Of a stretch of DNA of 64,000 nt, positions 28,912-38,475 are shown piece after piece. The notes beneath the pieces are model-generated. The model worked only from the letters and a program-made list of their open reading frames with translations. It made no database searches and was not told the origin of the DNA. This DNA is from a virus: the IMG/VR virus record IMGVR_UViG_3300030419_001484, positions 1-64,000 of that record; one strand, given 5' to 3'. Numbering within the stretch: position 1 is the stretch's first letter; each line of letters begins with the position of its first letter. Position numbers and translations under genes: made by a program.

Positions 28912-29124
28912 ATGCAAAATACAAAGACGTTCTCACTTGAGATTGAAAAGATGGCCCAAGAAAAATCCATAACACACATGGATGCAGTTTTAGAATATTG
29001 TAAGACAAAAGAATTAGAACCAGAGTCAGTTACAAGACTCATATCAAAAAGTCTAAAAGATAAGATAGAAGCAAACGCAAGAGATTTGAACTATCTACCC
29101 AATCAAGCAAAGTTACCAATATAG
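28912..29124 (+). CDS. 33: late transcription co-activator gp33
   Basis: FSLEIEK..MDAVLEYC..LISKSLKDKIEANARDLNYL; synteny with 59 and 32. Confidence 0.88.
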   Translation: MQNTKTFSLEIEKMAQEKSITHMDAVLEYCKTKELEPESVTRLISKSLKDKIEANARDLNYLPNQAKLPI

Positions 29125-29127
29125 TTA

Positions 29128-29718
29128 ATGTCACAATCAATAGATATCTATCTAACCTATTGTGCAATGAAGGCTCACTTTGGAAAAGGTGACTATGACT
29201 TTGTTAAGTTCAATGGTAAGACAAAGGTATCAAGAGACTCTTTCTGGAAAAGAAAAGACAGAGTATGGTTCGTGATGTTGGGTAGAAAGTATAACTCATC
29301 TCTCATAGAGAGTGTTGAAGATTATCTACTCGCAAACTTCTTGGTAGACAACAAAGGATATATAGGTAATTTTAATGACCAGAATTATTTTGATTGGATG
29401 ACTAGAATGTCAAGATTAGAAACATTATTTAAAAACGAAGCAACTAAATTATTTGAGGATGGGAGTTTAGACGTATTGAATGTTCCAGACAACTCTCACC
29501 CAAAACTTCTCAAAGAATATCTTGGTAAAAGAATATCACTAGAAACTATGGTGATACTAGATGGTATCTTTGACTACAGTTCAAAGTGGGATAAGAAAAT
29601 GAATGATGATATCATGTGGCCTGATGTAAAAAAACTTATAGAAAATTATAAAAAGTTCTTGACATATCCACATGATTCGTGTAAGATGGTAGTATTAAAT
29701 TTAACAAAAATGGAGTAG
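29128..29718 (+). CDS. 59: helicase loader gp59
   Basis: YCAMKAHF..YDFVKFNGK..KRKDR..ISLET. Confidence 0.88.
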   Translation: MSQSIDIYLTYCAMKAHFGKGDYDFVKFNGKTKVSRDSFWKRKDRVWFVMLGRKYNSSLIESVEDYLLANFLVDNKGYIGNFNDQNYFDWMTRMSRLETLFKNEATKLFEDGSLDVLNVPDNSHPKLLKEYLGKRISLETMVILDGIFDYSSKWDKKMNDDIMWPDVKKLIENYKKFLTYPHDSCKMVVLNLTKME

Positions 29719-29722
29719 TGGT

Positions 29723-29914
29723 ATGGAAATGCCAGACAAATTAGTCATAGAACAACTCAGAGGTCAAATCAAAGGGTTGCAATATGACTGTGCAGAATTA
29801 CAAAAGAAAAATGACGAACTTGCAGAAAGATGTAAGAAACTTGCATCTCGTCAACCAACTTGGCCCAAAGGGTATTCACCCAGAAGGTATACACCGAAAC
29901 ATAAACATACATGA
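29723..29914 (+). CDS. small coiled-coil protein
   Basis: ORF after promoter at 29659. Confidence 0.6.
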   Translation: MEMPDKLVIEQLRGQIKGLQYDCAELQKKNDELAERCKKLASRQPTWPKGYSPRRYTPKHKHT

Positions 29915-30705
29915 GAACGATAGTCTACGGAAACGGAAAGTCACGCCTGAAATGGAATGTGAATAATGGTTTGATACCAAACTCTGTTGTCACATGGGGT
30001 TGTAACAGAATCTTTAATGGTAATGCAAAAATTGACAATCTTGTTTCCGTAGATTATCATGTGCAACATCTGATATACAAATCTGGATATGCACATGAGA
30101 ATAAATGTTGGTTCAGTGATTGGAATATTCTACCAAGTAATGTTCCCTACATTGATATTACATTTGGTGGACAAAAACCTAATCTACCAATTACAGAGAA
30201 TGACAGAGGTGATAGACAAAACTTGGTAGTCAATGGTAAATTTACGAAACCAAATGAAGGATTATATATAACTTGGGTTGATGATGAGGACATGGTTGAA
30301 AGTATAGATTTTCCTAGAGAATGGAGTTCTGGAACAACTGCTATACACCTTGCGTGTCAGAATGGTGCAACAGAAGTATATCTCATGGGATTTGATATTA
30401 GTGATGACCCAAGACATAACGTATATGAAAAAGAACAGAGTGAGTATCACTCACAAGTTTCTAACTTCAGTTTAAGACTTGACTGGGCTAGAGAATTGAA
30501 AGTTGTATTTAATGAATTTAAAGATGTGCAATTTATATGGGCAGAACCAAATAAATCTATGAATAGATTTATGGAGTCATGTAATTCATCTGATTTAAAT
30601 GCACTTATAAATAAGTCAGTGACAGGTCACGATAGACTTATATTTGATAATGATAATTTAACATACGATACATACGAAAACATAAGGAGAAAAATATGTC
30701 GTTAG
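29911..30705 (+). CDS. MptE/Maf-like nucleotide-binding transferase-fold protein
   Basis: YGNGKSR, WGCN, LVSVD, SSGTTA, VYLMGFD. Confidence 0.5.
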   Translation: MRTIVYGNGKSRLKWNVNNGLIPNSVVTWGCNRIFNGNAKIDNLVSVDYHVQHLIYKSGYAHENKCWFSDWNILPSNVPYIDITFGGQKPNLPITENDRGDRQNLVVNGKFTKPNEGLYITWVDDEDMVESIDFPREWSSGTTAIHLACQNGATEVYLMGFDISDDPRHNVYEKEQSEYHSQVSNFSLRLDWARELKVVFNEFKDVQFIWAEPNKSMNRFMESCNSSDLNALINKSVTGHDRLIFDNDNLTYDTYENIRRKICR

Positions 30706-31580
30706 ATACGCTAAAGAGAAGTAATTCTCTAGATAAATTACTCAACGCAGTAAAAGAGGACAATGCACCTCAAGAGAAAAAATCATACATTGATGAAAGA
30801 CTATGGAAACCAGAACTGGATAAATCTGGGAATGGTTATGCAGTTATTCGTTTTCTTCCATCACCAGAGGGTGAGGACTTGCCTTGGGCGAAAGTTTGGA
30901 ATCATGCATTTCAAGGCCCAACAGGTCAATGGTATATTGAAAACTCACTTACAACAATCGGTCAGAAAGACCCTGTGTCAGAGTACAACTCAAAGTTGTG
31001 GAACTCTGGTGTAGAGTCTGACAAAGAGATTGCAAGGAAACAGAAAAGGAAACTACAATACTTTTCTAACATTCTTGTAGTGAGTGACCCAAAACACCCA
31101 GAGAACGAAGGTAAAGTATTTCTGTTTAGATACGGAAAGAAAATCTTTGATAAAATGATGGAAGCGATGCAACCAGCATTTGAAGATGAAACACCTATCA
31201 ATCCATTTGATTTTTGGGAAGGTGCAGACTTCAAACTAAAAATCCGAAAGGTAGATGGTTTCTGGAACTATGATAAATCAGAGTTCGCAGCTACATCACC
31301 TATCGCAGATGATGAGTCTAAAATTGAAACTATTTGGAAATCACAGTATTCTCTTGCAGAGAAACTTGATGCAAGTAACTTCAAATCTTATGATGAGTTA
31401 TCTACTCGTTTTCATGCAGTGATTTCTGGTACTACCAAAGTTGGTAACGTATCTGAAGAGATGGATGATGAACCGATTGCAACACCAGTTGTTGATACTA
31501 AACCAGTGGAGTCACCTGTAACCTCAAAAGAGGAAGAGGATGACACTATGGATTATTTTTCAAAACTCGCAAACGGATAA
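30696..31580 (+). CDS. 32: single-stranded DNA-binding protein gp32
   Basis: DKSGNGYAVIRFLP, WYIENSLTT, NYDKSEF, acidic tail DYFSKLA. Confidence 0.96.
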   Translation: MSLDTLKRSNSLDKLLNAVKEDNAPQEKKSYIDERLWKPELDKSGNGYAVIRFLPSPEGEDLPWAKVWNHAFQGPTGQWYIENSLTTIGQKDPVSEYNSKLWNSGVESDKEIARKQKRKLQYFSNILVVSDPKHPENEGKVFLFRYGKKIFDKMMEAMQPAFEDETPINPFDFWEGADFKLKIRKVDGFWNYDKSEFAATSPIADDESKIETIWKSQYSLAEKLDASNFKSYDELSTRFHAVISGTTKVGNVSEEMDDEPIATPVVDTKPVESPVTSKEEEDDTMDYFSKLANG

Positions 31581-31587
31581 TGGTTTC

Positions 31588-31663
31588 GCTGGTGTAGCTC
31601 AATTGGTAGAGCAACTGATTTGTAATCAGTAGGTTGGGAGTTCGAGTCTCTTCACCAGCACCA
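31588..31663 (+). tRNA. tRNA-Thr(UGU)
   Basis: 76-nt cloverleaf, anticodon loop TTTGTAA, TTCGA T-loop, encoded CCA. Confidence 0.96.
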
Positions 31664-33583
31664 TTAGTTGTTGGCAGTGTTTGCAACTTCATTTGCAAAT
31701 CTATCTTCTAAGTATAATAGATTTGTTTTACTGATTTTGTCACCTTGAACAGTTGTATCCCCACCATTGTAAATATTAACTCCAGAACTCTCTACATTTC
31801 TTCCACCAAACTTTATGAACGCTGAAAATGCGTTTGCAAACTTTTCTAATATACCACCAGACACATCAACATTGTCTGCTTCTATCTTGACAGTTGGTTT
31901 TGCAATCCCTTTACCACCAAGTTTTTGAATACCAATATCTAGTTCTGGGTCAAATGCACCCATTATGCCTGGTGCAGATGGAGCGCCAGGATAATATCGG
32001 CTCTTGGATTCAAAAGGATTTCTGCCTGCAAATGAAAATCTATTGAATATAGGAAGATCTAAATCACGCATTTGTGTTCCCAATGCGGCCTTACCAGCTC
32101 CTAGTGGTGCAACATCTTTTACTGTCATTTGACCACCACTTACTGTTTTTCCAGGCTTTTCTCCAGTTCCATTAAACAATTTGTTTATGTCATACCCACC
32201 TAAGATCTGTGGTATTAATTTTGGAAATGATTTTACATCCATACCAAGTGCAAATTCAGCAATACCAGCTGCAAGTTTTTTTCCTACTGCTTCACCAGCA
32301 AAATAACCAATTACTCCACCACCAGCAGATCCAATGAGAGTACTAAGACCAAATGTTGGTACTGCACCTATTGAACCTATTATTCCTCCAAGTATTGCCC
32401 CTAAAGCACCACCACCAAGACCAGTAAGAATACCAGTTAATTGTTCAAACTTCTCTTGTTTAGTTCCCTCAGAACCAAAGATACTAATCAAATCTTGTAT
32501 TGCAAAAAATTGTGCTAAGAGAGGAACTCTTCTAACCACTCCCTTTAAAGTTTTGAGAAATGTACCACCTCTACCAGTAACCAATTTGGTCTGACCTTTA
32601 CTCAACTGCCCCTCTTCTGCAAGTTGTCGTATGAGTTTATCTTGGTCTGGTGCTTTACCAGCAATCAATTTGCCATCTGCACCTACTCTTCTTAACTCAC
32701 CTTTATCACTTAATCTAAATGTTTCACCACTTTTTAATTTAAAATCCTTATCTTTTTTAATACCTATATCTTTTGCAGTCAATTTTGTTTGTGATAGACC
32801 TTTTCCATACCCACCACCAGCACCAAGTAACAACCTTGCGGCTAAAGTTGAAACTGTCGCAACTGTCGCTGCCAGTGCATTAGTTAAATTAAATACTGCA
32901 TCTTTCATATTTTGCACTATGTTCTCTGGTTTAAAATCTGCAATCGCATCTATTATATCATCAAATAAATCACTTCTTAAAAACTTAATAACTGCACCTA
33001 TAGCAACAAGACCAGCAAGTCTACCAAAAGTAAAGCCAGGAAGAACTTTACCTATACCTTTGTTGATAAAACCAGCAACAGTTGTCAGTGGATTTATGAT
33101 AGGTGCAAATGCAAGTTTTAAACTATCTACTTGTGCTTGTCTTAAATCCTTGTTTATCTCTTTTTTCTGAGATGGAGATGCTTCTCGTTTTCTTAGTTCA
33201 AGTTCTTGTATTTGTATTTTATTATTTCGTTTTAGGAACGCAAGATTTTCCTCTGCTTTACCACCATTTGCTTCTATTCTTTTTGCAATCTCTGCCTGTG
33301 CTTCTTTTTGGTCTTTGATGAATTGTGCTTCTTTACTGAGTTTTATTCTATCTTGTCTTCTCTCATCTCGATCTAGTTTAATTTGTATTTTTTGTGCTTG
33401 TAATGATTTCTTTTCAGTACCAGATGCAGTCTTGAGTTGATCTGAAATCTTCTTTAACGTAGCTTGTTCTTTACCAAATCTTATATCTTCTTGTCTTTCT
33501 GATTTAGCGGTTTCTTCATTACGTCTTTCCTCCATGTTCTGGAGAACTTTCATAAAATCTTTTGTGGTTACTCCCTCTGCCAT
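31664..33583 (-). CDS. probable tape-measure/baseplate hub protein (gp29-like)
   Basis: N-terminal coiled coil, glycine-zipper hydrophobic segments, position downstream of gp26/gp51. Confidence 0.55.
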   Translation of the reverse strand: MAEGVTTKDFMKVLQNMEERRNEETAKSERQEDIRFGKEQATLKKISDQLKTASGTEKKSLQAQKIQIKLDRDERRQDRIKLSKEAQFIKDQKEAQAEIAKRIEANGGKAEENLAFLKRNNKIQIQELELRKREASPSQKKEINKDLRQAQVDSLKLAFAPIINPLTTVAGFINKGIGKVLPGFTFGRLAGLVAIGAVIKFLRSDLFDDIIDAIADFKPENIVQNMKDAVFNLTNALAATVATVSTLAARLLLGAGGGYGKGLSQTKLTAKDIGIKKDKDFKLKSGETFRLSDKGELRRVGADGKLIAGKAPDQDKLIRQLAEEGQLSKGQTKLVTGRGGTFLKTLKGVVRRVPLLAQFFAIQDLISIFGSEGTKQEKFEQLTGILTGLGGGALGAILGGIIGSIGAVPTFGLSTLIGSAGGGVIGYFAGEAVGKKLAAGIAEFALGMDVKSFPKLIPQILGGYDINKLFNGTGEKPGKTVSGGQMTVKDVAPLGAGKAALGTQMRDLDLPIFNRFSFAGRNPFESKSRYYPGAPSAPGIMGAFDPELDIGIQKLGGKGIAKPTVKIEADNVDVSGGILEKFANAFSAFIKFGGRNVESSGVNIYNGGDTTVQGDKISKTNLLYLEDRFANEVANTANN

Positions 33584-33587
33584 TTAC

Positions 33588-33923
33588 TTACTTCTTTTTA
33601 TCTACATATGCGTTTGCACCAAAATAGGCTGCAACTAACGCTGAGATTGCAACAAAATATGTCGGTGCGATATCTCCAATAATCTTTGCAGTTCCCTCAT
33701 ATCCTAACATTGATGTAACTAAAATTCCTAATGGATATAACAACATACCCATCAATGCAAACCATGTCATTTTTCGCATTGCATCTCTACGGGCATCTGC
33801 ATCTTCAAGTTCTTTTCTTTTAAATTCCAAATTCATCTCCATTTCTTCTTGTGAAATGTGACCATCACCATTTCTGTCAACTTTTCTTGCGACCTCTGGG
33901 TCAACTGTTACTTCAACGGCCAT
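33588..33923 (-). CDS. EF-hand plus two-TM membrane protein
   Basis: DRNGDGHISQEE loop; two hydrophobic helices. Confidence 0.7.
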   Translation of the reverse strand: MAVEVTVDPEVARKVDRNGDGHISQEEMEMNLEFKRKELEDADARRDAMRKMTWFALMGMLLYPLGILVTSMLGYEGTAKIIGDIAPTYFVAISALVAAYFGANAYVDKKK

Positions 33924-33935
33924 ATTGTGTCCTCT

Positions 33936-34133
33936 CTACTGTTTGTGTTTTGCCTTTTCTTTCTCTAATCTCTCATTCTCTTCTTTAATCCACTTCATGA
34001 GTAAACCCATGTATATTTCTCTTTCCCAAGGCATCATATCCTCTAACTCTGTTAAAGAATATTTATGGTGTTGCATCAATGCAAAATTAGTTTTATAGTA
34101 ATTATAAACTGTATCATGAGAAAGACTTATCCT
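33936..34133 (-). CDS. 51: gp51-like baseplate assembly chaperone, in the -1 frame of gp26 (first ATG at 34076)
   Basis: SHDTVYNYYKTNFALMQHHKYSLTELEDMMPWEREIY; absent from ORF track. Confidence 0.8.
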   Translation of the reverse strand, partial: RISLSHDTVYNYYKTNFALMQHHKYSLTELEDMMPWEREIYMGLLMKWIKEENERLEKEKAKHKQ

Positions 34134-34831
34134 AAAAAACTTTGGAGGCCCTCCAATACAACCTCACTCTTTACTTTTGTCTTTGGATTTGTTACTTCAA
34201 CTGTGTGACTAAGTTTGGGCATGGTATTAAAAAATTGTGTTATACTCTCAAATTGTTCAGTTGTAAGTTGGTCTATAAATTCTTCAATTTCTTTATCTGA
34301 AATATCAATCCTACTAAAAACGTCATCACCAAAATGTATTTCAGATATACATCTATACATCAGTTTGAATATACCATCACTACTTTCTACATCTCCAACT
34401 CTAGTTACGTCTGACATAGTGGGATATCTTAATATCATTTTTATTTTATCATTTATTTGTATTATGTTATTATGATTATCTTTTACTTGCAGATTTATAT
34501 CATCTAAATTTAATTTTACTGGAACAGTTGTGACCTCATCATCTGGACAGGTGATTTGCATATCAACACTTTCACCAGCAGACTTTGATCTTATTTTTAA
34601 GAAAAGGTATTCAACGTCAAATGTTGGTAAGTTTTGAATATCAATTTTATTAAAAGTACAAGAGGTCACCAATCTTATTAGTGCATCTGTCGTTTGTTTT
34701 ATATCATTACTCTCTTGAGCGATCATAATGATTTTTTGCTCCTTTACTAAGAAAGGTCTGAATTGAATTTCTTGTCCTGTTGATGGGAGTTTTGTTTGAT
34801 ACGTTGGTGTATCAATTCTGGGTAAAACCAT
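34127..34831 (-). CDS. 26: baseplate hub assembly protein gp26
   Basis: LPSTGQEIQFRPFLVKEQK, FDVEYLFLKIRSKSAGE, FFNTMPKL, LEGLQSF. Confidence 0.9.
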   Translation of the reverse strand: MVLPRIDTPTYQTKLPSTGQEIQFRPFLVKEQKIIMIAQESNDIKQTTDALIRLVTSCTFNKIDIQNLPTFDVEYLFLKIRSKSAGESVDMQITCPDDEVTTVPVKLNLDDINLQVKDNHNNIIQINDKIKMILRYPTMSDVTRVGDVESSDGIFKLMYRCISEIHFGDDVFSRIDISDKEIEEFIDQLTTEQFESITQFFNTMPKLSHTVEVTNPKTKVKSEVVLEGLQSFLG

Positions 34832-34858
34832 AATTTATCATCCTTTATAATTATAAAA

Positions 34859-35599
34859 TTATCTACCACCTAAAAGTCTACTAACTGATGGTATTTGTGA
34901 GGCTATTTTTCTCACCGCTTGATCCTTAAATTGTTCAATTATTCTATCACCTAACGCTTGTGGTAGGCTCGCTTCTGTTCCAAGATTTGTCCAATATCTA
35001 TATGAGAATGTTACTGATATCTTCAATTGTTCATTTATCGTTCCATAGTTCAAAACTTGTTGTTCCAAAGTTTTTGGAAAACATTCCCAAATTTTTACAC
35101 CATATCTTCTATTGTCTTGTTCATCTAATAAGTATATTTGTATTTCACCTATGTAATCATTATAAAATTGCATCGCCCATGTCTGTGCATTAAAAGATGC
35201 TTTTTGCCAGTTTTCAAAAAACTCTTTTTCTTTCAAGTCAGAACTACACTGAAATGTTGCAGTTATATCTGCAAACGAAAACCCTGTTGCAATCTCTCTG
35301 GTTGGGCCATAAATGTTAGTATCTGGTGTTGTATCTATGTTTCTGCCTGGAAAAGCTATACTCTCACATTTGAGTGATACATCTCTGGAACTTCCAATAC
35401 TGGTCAGTAAAGATGTAAATGGATTTGTAGGACTTCCACTAGGTGGAAGTATCACCACTTCATAACGTGATGGTCTTGCAATCCCATCTTTGGTTCTATA
35501 TCCTGCTAAAACTTCATTTATGGTTGCAAATGCAATTCCTGATACTGCACTTCCAAATGGATTACCTATCGCACCCTGTATTATACTTCCTAGTGACAT
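34859..35599 (-). CDS. baseplate tail-tube initiator (gp54/gp19-like)
   Basis: ARPSRYEV, FPGRNI, FFENWQ, VTFSYRYW. Confidence 0.75.
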   Translation of the reverse strand: MSLGSIIQGAIGNPFGSAVSGIAFATINEVLAGYRTKDGIARPSRYEVVILPPSGSPTNPFTSLLTSIGSSRDVSLKCESIAFPGRNIDTTPDTNIYGPTREIATGFSFADITATFQCSSDLKEKEFFENWQKASFNAQTWAMQFYNDYIGEIQIYLLDEQDNRRYGVKIWECFPKTLEQQVLNYGTINEQLKISVTFSYRYWTNLGTEASLPQALGDRIIEQFKDQAVRKIASQIPSVSRLLGGR

Positions 35600-36156
35600 T
35601 ATAACATTCTCCTACTATCACTCCATACTGCACTTGCAGTCGCTTTCTTAAATCTTTGCACAGGTAAGAGTGTTGCAATTACAAACTCGTCTGCATCTAT
35701 TCTACGAAAACGTGATCTTACATAACCAGATAGATATTTGTGTATGGTTGGTTTTACTGACTTTAGATTTTTTACATCATTATAACTAACTCGTAAAAAT
35801 GTTGACTCATCAAACTTAGTATTATTACTAAAGTCTGTAAGTCTATCTAACAATCTTATTCTCAAAGGTATTGGTAAGTAGTGTAGGTTGATACCCAGAA
35901 AACCATCTGAGTATGACTCTATTGGTAGTACTAGAGGAAAGGTATCATAGTATGGTAACTTCCTTGCAAACTTGGGTGCATAGACAAACATATTCAACAC
36001 ACCATCAAAGGGTGACTTTGCTTGTTTACCATCACGAATAAGGTCAAGAGCTTTAGGTGTACCAAACTCTTTAATTTTATCTTTGTACCACTCTGTAGAT
36101 TTTGGTCTACCTCTTGCAGCTTGTTGTACCTGTTGTATGAAATTCTTGATTGCCAT
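35599..36156 (-). CDS. 2: DNA end protector gp2
   Basis: LPYYDTFPLV, FLGINLHYLP, PTIHKYL. Confidence 0.88.
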   Translation of the reverse strand: MAIKNFIQQVQQAARGRPKSTEWYKDKIKEFGTPKALDLIRDGKQAKSPFDGVLNMFVYAPKFARKLPYYDTFPLVLPIESYSDGFLGINLHYLPIPLRIRLLDRLTDFSNNTKFDESTFLRVSYNDVKNLKSVKPTIHKYLSGYVRSRFRRIDADEFVIATLLPVQRFKKATASAVWSDSRRML

Positions 36157-36160
36157 GTAA

Positions 36161-36607
36161 TTATTTATACTTTGGAAACAGATGGTCTTCTGTAAAAATC
36201 TTAAACTCCATACCATGATCTTTACAGAACTCTTCTGCTGATTTCCACTTTGCTTGATTGACTGCATAGGTAAACACCTCGTTCAACCATTTTTTAGTTC
36301 TGCGTTTTGGGTTCTTAACAGGTTCTTTACATTGTGCTTTGGGTTTGACTTCAATGATAAACTTTTTGTGTGTACCATCTGTCTGTTTAACTTTCATATA
36401 GAAATCTGGAAAGTATCTATGTATTCTATTATCTTTTGGTGAACGATATGGTATGATAATTTCTTCACTTCCCCACTCAACTACAGATTTGTTCTTATCA
36501 CAATAGACCATAAGTTTTCGTTCCCAGAGTGAACGATATACTACTTGAGATGGGTCACCCCTATATTTCTTGGGGTTCATTGGATTATACTTACCTTTAT
36601 ACGACAT
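36161..36607 (-). CDS. 4: head completion nuclease gp4
   Basis: YRSLWE, WGSEE, HRYFPDF, IEVKP, NQAKWKSA. Confidence 0.92.
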   Translation of the reverse strand: MSYKGKYNPMNPKKYRGDPSQVVYRSLWERKLMVYCDKNKSVVEWGSEEIIIPYRSPKDNRIHRYFPDFYMKVKQTDGTHKKFIIEVKPKAQCKEPVKNPKRRTKKWLNEVFTYAVNQAKWKSAEEFCKDHGMEFKIFTEDHLFPKYK

Positions 36608-36646
36608 TGTGTATAAATACTTATAAAGATTATAGGAGATGTTATA

Positions 36647-37927
36647 ATGGTTCAAGAGTATCCACCACCATCAACTGGATTTAGTAAAGTTACACCTCAA
36701 ATGTTGGGGAATATTCAACCCAAATTAAAAAGTGGTTATGTTGCTGGTGGTGATTTCTTTGGTGAAGAAACCTTAGGCCCACTAGGAACAAAAAATGGTC
36801 AAACAAGTCCTGCTCCTCGTTCTGGAGGAACAATACTTGAATTTCCCATGAATGTTGCATCTGGTGATGCAGCTCTTGGTAATCATGGTCACTATATTAT
36901 GTTTTATATTAACGAACAGGATAAAGCACAATTATCCATGAGTGATAGGGCAACTGGTGGTAGTATCGCAGACAATCTTGCAGAACCATACAATATTCCA
37001 TCTTTTGTACGAGAGTATGATGCTAAAAGTAAAAGTTATCAAAGTCAAAGAAACCCCAAACTAGACAAAAAAAATGTAAATGATAATATACCAGAGAATC
37101 AAACTATTGATGAGATGCGATTAGGTAGAGGAAGAACAGCACAACAAGACACTCAAGAAAAAACACTAAATGTTCAACAAAACCTTGTAGGTCAACAAAA
37201 AGTTGCAAGTGGTTCTACAGTTAGAGTAAAAAGAAAACCCACTAAAAGACTTAAAACATCTATCGCAATGTATATGCCACAATCAGTACAAGTTACATAT
37301 GGTGCTCAATATCAAGACACACAGATTGGTGCAATATCAGAGGAAGCACTTAACGTATATAATAGTTTAGTCGAGGGTAGAGCTGGTGCAAGAGCAGAAT
37401 TAAAACAAGCGGGTAAAAATGTTGCAGATAGTTTACAACAATTTCTTCTTACATCGGTTGGTGTGATACCAGGCCTAGGTGGTCTAAGAGAAACTGCTGA
37501 AATGAAAACTGGTAATGTGATTGCAGATAGACTTGAACTTGCATTTAAGGGTATTAATAAAAGAAACTTTCAATATACATTTAAGATGACACCTAAAGAT
37601 AGAAAAGAAGTTGAGATGATAAGAAAAATCATATTTGCATTCAAATCAAATATGATGCCAGAGTTTGTTGGTGGAAATAGAGGTGGTAGAAGATTATTAG
37701 TTCCAAATACTTTTGATATTGCTTATATGTACACTGGAAATCAAAATTTGCATTTACATAATATATCAACTTGCGTGTTAGAGAATATGACTGTTTCATA
37801 TGGTGGGGATAGATATAGGACATTTGAGGCAGATGCAGAGGGAGCGCAACCAGTGGAGACAACTATAACTCTTGCATTTAAAGAAATGGAACTTATTACT
37901 AGAGAAAGAATTTTTGAGGGTTACTAA
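36647..37927 (+). CDS. 48: baseplate tail-tube cap gp48
   Basis: IAMYMP, LELAFKG, RNFQYTF, CVLENMTVSY, LAFKEME. Confidence 0.82.
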   Translation: MVQEYPPPSTGFSKVTPQMLGNIQPKLKSGYVAGGDFFGEETLGPLGTKNGQTSPAPRSGGTILEFPMNVASGDAALGNHGHYIMFYINEQDKAQLSMSDRATGGSIADNLAEPYNIPSFVREYDAKSKSYQSQRNPKLDKKNVNDNIPENQTIDEMRLGRGRTAQQDTQEKTLNVQQNLVGQQKVASGSTVRVKRKPTKRLKTSIAMYMPQSVQVTYGAQYQDTQIGAISEEALNVYNSLVEGRAGARAELKQAGKNVADSLQQFLLTSVGVIPGLGGLRETAEMKTGNVIADRLELAFKGINKRNFQYTFKMTPKDRKEVEMIRKIIFAFKSNMMPEFVGGNRGGRRLLVPNTFDIAYMYTGNQNLHLHNISTCVLENMTVSYGGDRYRTFEADAEGAQPVETTITLAFKEMELITRERIFEGY

Positions 37928-38475
37928 TGTATTTTTCATCTTTTCCAAAAATAGTGTATGACTCAAAAGGTCAAGGTAATATAAAGGTTGTTACTAATCT
38001 TTTGAAGAGGGTTGCAGTAAGATCTAAAGTAAAAGATAGTGCGATGTTATATGATACATATGATATTAAAAATGGTGACACTCCAGAAAGTCTTGCAGAC
38101 CAATTGTATAATGACCCCCAACTTCATTGGGTAATATTATTAACAAATGATATTACAGATCGTTATCATGAGTGGCCAATGATGGAACAACAATTTAATA
38201 CTTTTGTAAATGAGAAATATTCTGACCCAGATGGTGTACATCATTATGAGATTGCACAAAGTTCTGGTGATACCTCAACAAAATTAGAAGTGTATAATTC
38301 GTCTGCACTTTATAGTGGAGATACAGATTTTTACAGTTCTGCAACTACAGTCACTAATAGAGAATATGAGGAAAGTGAACAAGACAAGAAGAGAAAGATA
38401 AAGTTGCTTGATCCAAGTTTTGTTGGTCAATTTGTTCAAGAGTTTGATTTACTTATGAAAGAAAGTCCTTTATAA
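37927..38475 (+). CDS. 53: baseplate wedge protein gp53
   Basis: MYFSSFPKIVY, GDTPESLA, HWVILLTN, EWP, HHYE. Confidence 0.9.
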   Translation: MYFSSFPKIVYDSKGQGNIKVVTNLLKRVAVRSKVKDSAMLYDTYDIKNGDTPESLADQLYNDPQLHWVILLTNDITDRYHEWPMMEQQFNTFVNEKYSDPDGVHHYEIAQSSGDTSTKLEVYNSSALYSGDTDFYSSATTVTNREYEESEQDKKRKIKLLDPSFVGQFVQEFDLLMKESPL

